Under the pieces are notes generated by a model that worked only from the letters and a program-made list of their open reading frames with translations, made no database searches and was not told the origin of the DNA. Positions 57,343 through 64,000 of a stretch of 64,000 bases of DNA are shown in pieces. The stretch's first letter is position 1; every line of letters begins with the position of its first letter. The stretch covers positions 116,498,001 to 116,562,000 of the forward strand of contig OZ024745.1 in the NCBI GenBank assembly GCA_964016885.1. Reading direction: 5' to 3'. This DNA is from Eledone cirrhosa. Taxonomy: Eukaryota. A program made the translations under genes and the position numbers.

Positions 57343-58907
57343 TATATAGGAAAATGTTTGACCCCGACGATAGAAAAGCGAAAACCAAGTGCATAAATAC
57401 TATAAAAATAGCTTATAAAATGGGGTGAATACCCTGAAAAGAGGGAAATAGAAGTTGCCATCGGCCGCTATGAGAAATTAAAACCCTGTATCTTCTACAT
57501 ACCTGATAGAGGGCTTCACCATTAAGCTAAGGAGCTTTTGAAAGTTAAAGGCTCATTAGCTTATAGTTTAAAGCCTCTCTCTCTATATATATATATATAA
57601 GCGCCCCGTGTGTATATGTATAGATGGGGATACATAAACGTACACACAAACGCACACACACACACACATATATATATATGTGTGTGTATGTAAATATATG
57701 GCTGTGATTATGTGCGTGTTTACGTACAGGTGTTTGTGTGTGTATGTATGTATATATACATGTACATGTATATAACGATCGTCACGAATTCATGCATCGC
57801 TGTACCTATTATAATTTAATTGATAGTTTTGAAATGTAGTGTAATTGTCGAAGTGAATTGTATTAGTAAAATGTTATTTATTCGTAATACTATACCTTTC
57901 AACATCTAATATAATTACTGTCATTACTCAATATTAAATAGTCTTACAATGTTACAGACTTATCTGATAACTCATCAATGTCAACGAAATATTGAGACAC
58001 AATAAGGAAGAATTCAGTTATAATCATTGATTGAATGGTGATTCGATTATGCATTATTTCACTGAAATTATATACGTAAGCATAACTGCTATATTTCCGT
58101 GATAAATCTAATATCAAGAGTATTATAAAACCCTCTTATCCGATATTAATAGGAATCAACTCCTGATAATCTCGTGTGAAATATTTCATCGTCATATATG
58201 AAAAGTCGTTAATGTCTACATTATTGCAACAATTTGCTCCAGTTTTAATGACGGTTTTTATCAGTTAATTTTATGATAATTTCTCTCGCCTTTTACACGT
58301 ATGCAGCGAGCTCTAAAGTGTTTGTCGTATTTTCAATTCATATCGCATCATCTCATAAATAATATTTTTAATATGAGGTTAGCAATTCAATTAAAGCCAA
58401 TTTATCATTAGAGCATTAGATTTCAACTGTTTATCATTGTCACATAACATATTGATTTTAATAGCTTTTACCCCCACAAGTAATCAGTCTGAAAATTAAT
58501 GAGGATGTCCGCTATTTTATTCATATCATTTAATACCTGTTAAACTCTCATAGGTAGTAAAACTTCTTGCCATGAATATTCAGATGAACAGTCGAATATG
58601 AGTTTTTATAAGGAATTCAAGTATCACTTCTTTAGAGTTATGTACAAAATGTGACTATGCAAATATAACTTTACTGCTTTTTCACTTACGAACTATGAAA
58701 CTGTAACTATGGTACGTCGAACCAGTACTTAGTTTACGAATAAGCTAAACAAATTATACGTAGAGAAGGGACTCGCAATATCCAGGCCCATGTAATAGGT
58801 TAAAAGCAAATAAGTTAAAGGCATATATTTGGCAAATGATTCAGTTATAGAGTTATAGTGATGATCATTTACATACAGTGCGGGCTTGAATGTACGAGTG
58901 ATATATG

Positions 58908-58944
<37 letters not shown>

Positions 58945-58949
58945 GGTAT

Positions 58950-59255
58950 ATATTGAGTTAGAAACTCAAAATAGTCTCTTACAATAAAATAGCTCAAGGA
59001 AAGAGATTTTTCCGAGCCGTATATTATAATTGAATATAAAAGAGAGATAAACACAGATATATACACATTTGTCTTCAAATCGTAAGGGACCAGATTCCCT
59101 AAGCTGAAAAAGATACTAACTATGGACAATAGGGTTTGCCAGACTCAATATAAGAATAAATCAAGAAAATAAATACAAACCGGAAATGTGGAAACTACCA
59201 ATCACCCAGACTGCGTTTGGCGATGCTGTTTCGCAATCCAATTGTGAAGAGAATT
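58950..59255. mobile_element. Diverged family C copy
   Basis: Reverse-complement similarity to about 28330-28628; keeps only the GC-GAAAC...GTC half of the hammerhead. Confidence 0.65.
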
Positions 59256-59867
59256 ACTAATATATATATATTTATATATATGCGTGTGTCTGTATGTGGG
59301 AATATGTCTGTACAGACACATACACATACACATGTATATATATATATATGTGTGTGCGTGTGTGTGTAGTAAACGACTATAATTTTCAAAAAGCCAGTAG
59401 AGAAATACAGTACAGAAATACGAAGGGCAAATTATATTTCAGGGCTAAACCCTCTCTTCAAATGTGAATCTGGAACAGTTCAAAAGAAATCAATATCAGC
59501 GATCAACGTATTTTTCCTAACTAGCCTATGTGTCTGCAAAATGCATTAAGTTGCAATTTAAAAACTAAAGAAGCCATTACCGGTTAAATAATTGATTGGA
59601 AATGCAAGAGGCAAAATGGTTACTGTAGCGACTCCAGGCATGCATTTTAAAGGCACATAGGCCAGTTGGGGAAGAATACTTTGTTTTGTGGGACTGCTTC
59701 CGATCCACATTTGAAAAGGGAGTATAGCCCTGAAATATCATGTTAAAATACAGAGAAAACATTACTTTATTTTGTTTCATTTGTCATCATTTGCCCTTCC
59801 TCTTCTTCGATATATATTTATCCTTATTGAGCCCTCTTTGGATTTTAGTCTTCAAATTTATTATTAT

Positions 59868-59967
<100 letters not shown>

Positions 59968-60074
59968 GTTTCTTCTTAGACCGGAGAAGTTAACTAAATA
60001 AATAATCAATTAAACAGAGCTAAGTTTAAAATGGAAGTTGAAAGAAATAAGAGATAAATGTTTACCTTTATTCC

Positions 60075-60420
60075 TCTAGCCACGTGATATCTTCTTTAGA
60101 ATGTGTTAGTGGCGGCGATCACTTTGGAAAAAATCGGTCCTAATTTAGGGAGTCCCTTAGTAAGCTTGCCGCCTCATGGATAATGTACATGTGCAGCGAT
60201 CTTGCACATTTTCACTTAGCACAAGCGAAACTTCCAGCAGTCGGGGCTAGTGGACTATCGGTAAACATTTAACTATTATTTCGTCAAACTTACATTTTAA
60301 ACATAGTTCAATTTAATTGATTATTTATTTAATTCATTCATTCATTGTGTCACAGCGTTGAAGGTGGGCTACATTCATATACTTATCAATTTTTATGTTT
60401 AAATATATGTGTGTTTCCTC
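60075..60420 (+). mobile_element. Distant family A relative with a degenerate hammerhead
   Basis: GCGATCACTTTGGAAAA shared with family A; stem II GCTTG/CAAGC, GAAAC...GTC and stem I AGTCCC/GGGGCT present, but the CUGANGA core is corrupted. Confidence 0.55.
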
Positions 60421-60422
60421 TG

Positions 60423-60480
<58 letters not shown>

Positions 60481-60486
<6 letters not shown>

Positions 60487-61343
60487 GTCCACGTGATGGT
60501 CCAGGTCAGTCAAAATCTTTCCCTGAGTTCAGTTTTTTTCGTTGCTATGGCAATGCGGCTAGACTGTCGGTCGCTATATTTGATTTGCAAAGCTGTCTAA
60601 ACGTATTGTTATAATTCTGGGGTATTATTCTCCATCGACTGCTAAGCTGCATTCGTTAGCTTGGCCGCGGCCAGAAGCTTCGTTAATGCTGTACTAAAAT
60701 TTGTATTTTTTTAACTCCTAGAATTAACGATTAACTGATTAATTTAATTAGACAATTCTATTGATTGATTAATTGTTTATGTTTGTTTGATAACTTCTTG
60801 TTGAGTGCTTAATTCGGTTTGTCTAAGGGAATTTCATTCCTTTGTCCCAAATTTCGAATTGACCGCCCTTTGGGAAAACCACGTGTCTAAAGCGAAAATT
60901 ACTGCTAGAAAACACACCCGTCGAGGCTATAGAACGCAAGACTTGTTGACGAAGTAAATCCTTTGTTCTGTCGTCAAAGGCCATTAACTTGCAGACCCCT
61001 GCAAGCAGAATTAGTCGATCTCGGATTTACAGAAACCTAGCGTGGATGTTGTATAGTTATATATGATGGATATTGTATGCTATAGGATATGCATTATGTG
61101 TTGCATTCGATGCCACGTGATGGTCTAGGTCAGTCAAAATCTTTCCCCGAGTTCAGTTTTTTTCGTTTCTATGGCAATGCGGCTAAACTGTCGATCGCTA
61201 TATTTGATTTGCAAAGCTGGCTAAACGTATTGTTATAACCCTGGGGTAATATTCTCCATCGAGTGCTAATCTGCATTCCGAATCTGCATTCGTCAGCTTG
61301 GCCGCGGCCAATAGCTTCGTTAATGCTGTACTAAAATTTGTAT
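60481..61343 (+). mobile_element. Partial-tandem ORF-less element (624-bp period) in (TA)n, family D
   Basis: 60489-60706 repeats at 61113-61343; degenerate hammerhead at 60946-61045. Confidence 0.75.
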
Positions 61344-61750
61344 ATATATATATATATATATATTTGAAAATGTGTGAGATCCTTGGTACAGTTCGGTATA
61401 TTTGAAAAAAAGGGAAAAGAATGACTCCACTTGTAGTGTTCAAACATTTTTTTTATTTAATGTTATAATATTATAATATTATGAGGTGGTAGATCGAGTA
61501 AGTTCTTTGTTAACTTCGGTGGGAAGAATTTTAGAGATTCCTGGTTAACTTGGGTTGGAGAACTTTCTCGCATTCGTTTGTCTGTGGCGATTGTCAAACT
61601 GAGATCAGGTTGTGTTGAGATGTGTGACTATATATGAGAGAGATTTGGATGTGTCTGAGATGTGACTGAGATGTGGGGTGTGGTGTTAATGAGTGTTGAT
61701 GATGATGAAGGTCCGGAGAAATTAAAGTATACATACACACACACACGCAC

Positions 61751-61800
<50 letters not shown>

Positions 61801-62269
61801 ACACATACACACACACACACACAGACACTCACACACACACACACATACTCACACACACACACACACACACACACACGTTCACACACATATACACACACAC
61901 ACACATATATATACACTCAGAAAATGGTAAGGTTGTAAGATAAGTGTGTTTAAGAAGGTGGTTGTAAACCTACTCTCCTGCTGGTTTTATTTCATTAGCT
62001 GACATTTGATGAGTATATAATGGCATAGCTGTATCAACTCTGCCAAATCCATAAAGAATATCTTCTACAAATTTCTATATCAAAGATGAATATGGGTGCT
62101 TGTCTGGGTTTTAATGGGGTGTAAGATACATGTCTTTTGTATATATACACACATATATATATACACACATATATATATATATATCTTATACACACATAGA
62201 CATACATAATAAACATACATATATATTAAACATATCTTGTACATACACATATATACATATATATATCTC

Positions 62270-62520
62270 ACATACTGTTCATTTTACTGATGTTTGTGCA
62301 TTGCCCTATGCACTGTACATGCACTTTTTTGATGAGTTGTGGTGCACCTGGGCACTGTACACAATATTTCATTATTGTTGTTATTATTATATCATGACTC
62401 ATACACTGTTCATTTTCCTGACATTTGTACATTATTCTATGTACTATACATGCACCTTTGATGAGTTGTAGTGCACCTGAGCACTGTACACAATAATTTC
62501 ATTATTATTATTATTATTAT
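62270..62520 (+). repeat. Diverged tandem duplication, unit about 130 bp
   Basis: CTGTTCATTTT...TTTGATGAGTTGT.GTGCACCTG.GCACTGTACACAATA...TTTCATTATT occurs twice. Confidence 0.8.
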
Positions 62521-62647
62521 ACACACAAATATATATTTTCTACGTACATACATTTATATGCATATATATATATACACACATATATTTTTTCTAGATCTAA
62601 AAATAAGATCAAAATTATAATTGGTGTTTTTCTTATCAATATTTCCT

Positions 62648-62832
62648 TGGATTGGCAGTATCAGTAGAGGGTCGGACGGCATGATTTGACGTATAGAGTT
62701 ACGACCCTTGACATTCTGAGTTCAAATCCCGCCGAGGTTAACTTTGCCTTTCATCCTTACGGGGTCGATAAAATAAAGTACCAGTAATGCACTGGTTAAT
62801 TTGCTGGCCTTGTGCCTAAAGTAGAAACAAAT
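62648..62832 (+). mobile_element. SINE S1 copy
   Basis: Near full length. Confidence 0.92.
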
Positions 62833-63120
62833 ATTTCCTTGTTTTCGAAGTGGAAAGCTCGCCGCCGCACTCTTCTTATGAAAGAGTTGGATTTCTCAAT
62901 AAGTTGTCTCATATATTCATCATTTGATGGAAGTGGTACATCCTTGACGGATATAGGAATCCTGTTGCAAACAATCCTCGATGGTTCGGGTGCCCGTTTT
63001 GACGGGCGTCCGTGACCGCCTGTAGCCTCTACGTGGATAGGCATGGTGGGCAGCGCCACCGCTGTAGGCATTCCGGCGCGCGGCTTCTTATGTGAAAAAT
63101 AATTGTTGATGCTACTCATT
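62833..63120 (-). mobile_element. Penelope-like element N-terminal ORF fragment
   Basis: SVKDVPLPSNDEYMRQLIEKSNSFIRRVRRRAFHF fits the S.KNIP.P....Y...LI.K...F..R.RW.A.F start recalled for PLE ORFs. Confidence 0.65.
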
Positions 63121-63303
63121 TTTTCTACGTTTGGCACAAGGCCAGCAATTATCCCAGTGAATTACAGGTACTTTATTTTATCGATCCCGTAAAAATGAAA
63201 GGCAAAGTTAATCTCGGCGAGATTTCAACTCAGACCGTAAAGGGTCGTAACTCTATACTGCAAAGCATGATGTCCGCCCCTCTACCCATACTGCCAATCC
63301 ACC
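63121..63303 (-). mobile_element. SINE S1 copy
   Basis: Near full length. Confidence 0.92.
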
Positions 63304-63309
63304 AATGGT

Positions 63310-63432
63310 AAATAATTGTTTCTACTTTTGGCACAAGGCCAGCAATTATCACAGTGTATTACTGGTACTTTATTTGAAAGGCAAAGTTAACTTCGGCGGG
63401 ATTTGAACTCAGATCATAAAGGGACGTAACTA
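63310..63432 (-). mobile_element. SINE S1 partial copy with internal deletion
   Basis: Tail to B box; lacks part of the core. Confidence 0.88.
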
Positions 63433-64000
63433 TTATAATAATAATGAAGAGTTTTATCAACGTGTATTTGAAAGTTCTTTACTCTCAATCAATCTGATAT
63501 ATACACTAGACCACCGTTCACTTAAAAATATTTTTTTTTAAATCACGTTCACTTAAAATTAATTTTTAAATAATTAAAATACATACAGACATGTATATAA
63601 TGTGAAATGAAATTTTCAATCTACTCTCTCACAACTACTATCTCTTTCTCTCTATATTTCTCTCTCTCTATTTATTAAGGTACCCGGAAAAAAACACTTA
63701 TCACGGGAACCCGTGCACCTATTTACGCGAAAATTGTCTTATTCCGTTTGTATTCCCATTTCAGGGTCAACTTCCTTTGAAAGTTTTGACCCATTATGCG
63801 CCCTTTTGGCTGTATTAAATTACAGACAAGCACACAATCACAGAGTTTTAACAGTTTATATATGAAAACATTAACATAGAAGGTATAAAACTGCAGCGTA
63901 CTGTACATTTGTCACAGAAAGAGATAAGCTTATTGGCTAAATGTCTCTTACACCACTTACTTTGATAATTGTCTTGAGAATTAAATAAAATTCGCAGTAT

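Noticed and set aside
63675-63900. TTAA-GGTACCCGG possible DNA-transposon end
   Set aside because: No partner TIR within the window.

Overview
AT-rich eukaryotic DNA packed with (TA)n/(CA)n microsatellites and decayed transposons. I found no intact host gene, rRNA/tRNA gene or CRISPR array, so the window looks intronic or intergenic. The SINE families and microsatellite load resemble a coleoid cephalopod (octopus-like) genome; this is my inference, not a database result. Contents: about 15 copies of one young tRNA-derived SINE plus older SINEs; relics of RTE, L1/Tx1, R4/Dong and CRE-like LINEs; three Penelope-like (PLE) fragments; a Helitron relic with non-autonomous partners; two hAT elements with 8-bp TSDs; mariner relics; two 26-bp minisatellites; and several long fold-backs. 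The most interesting signal is non-coding: about a dozen type-I hammerhead-ribozyme folds (intact or near-intact CUGANGA/GAAA cores, often a palindromic stem III, compensatory stem II changes between copies). They lie in several short ORF-less repeat families next to (TA)n tracts, in partial-tandem, circularly permuted or inverted arrangements, which points to a PLE-pLTR/retrozyme-like system of self-cleaving mobile RNAs. Some carry long, structured stem II insertions. All folds and alignments were done by eye.
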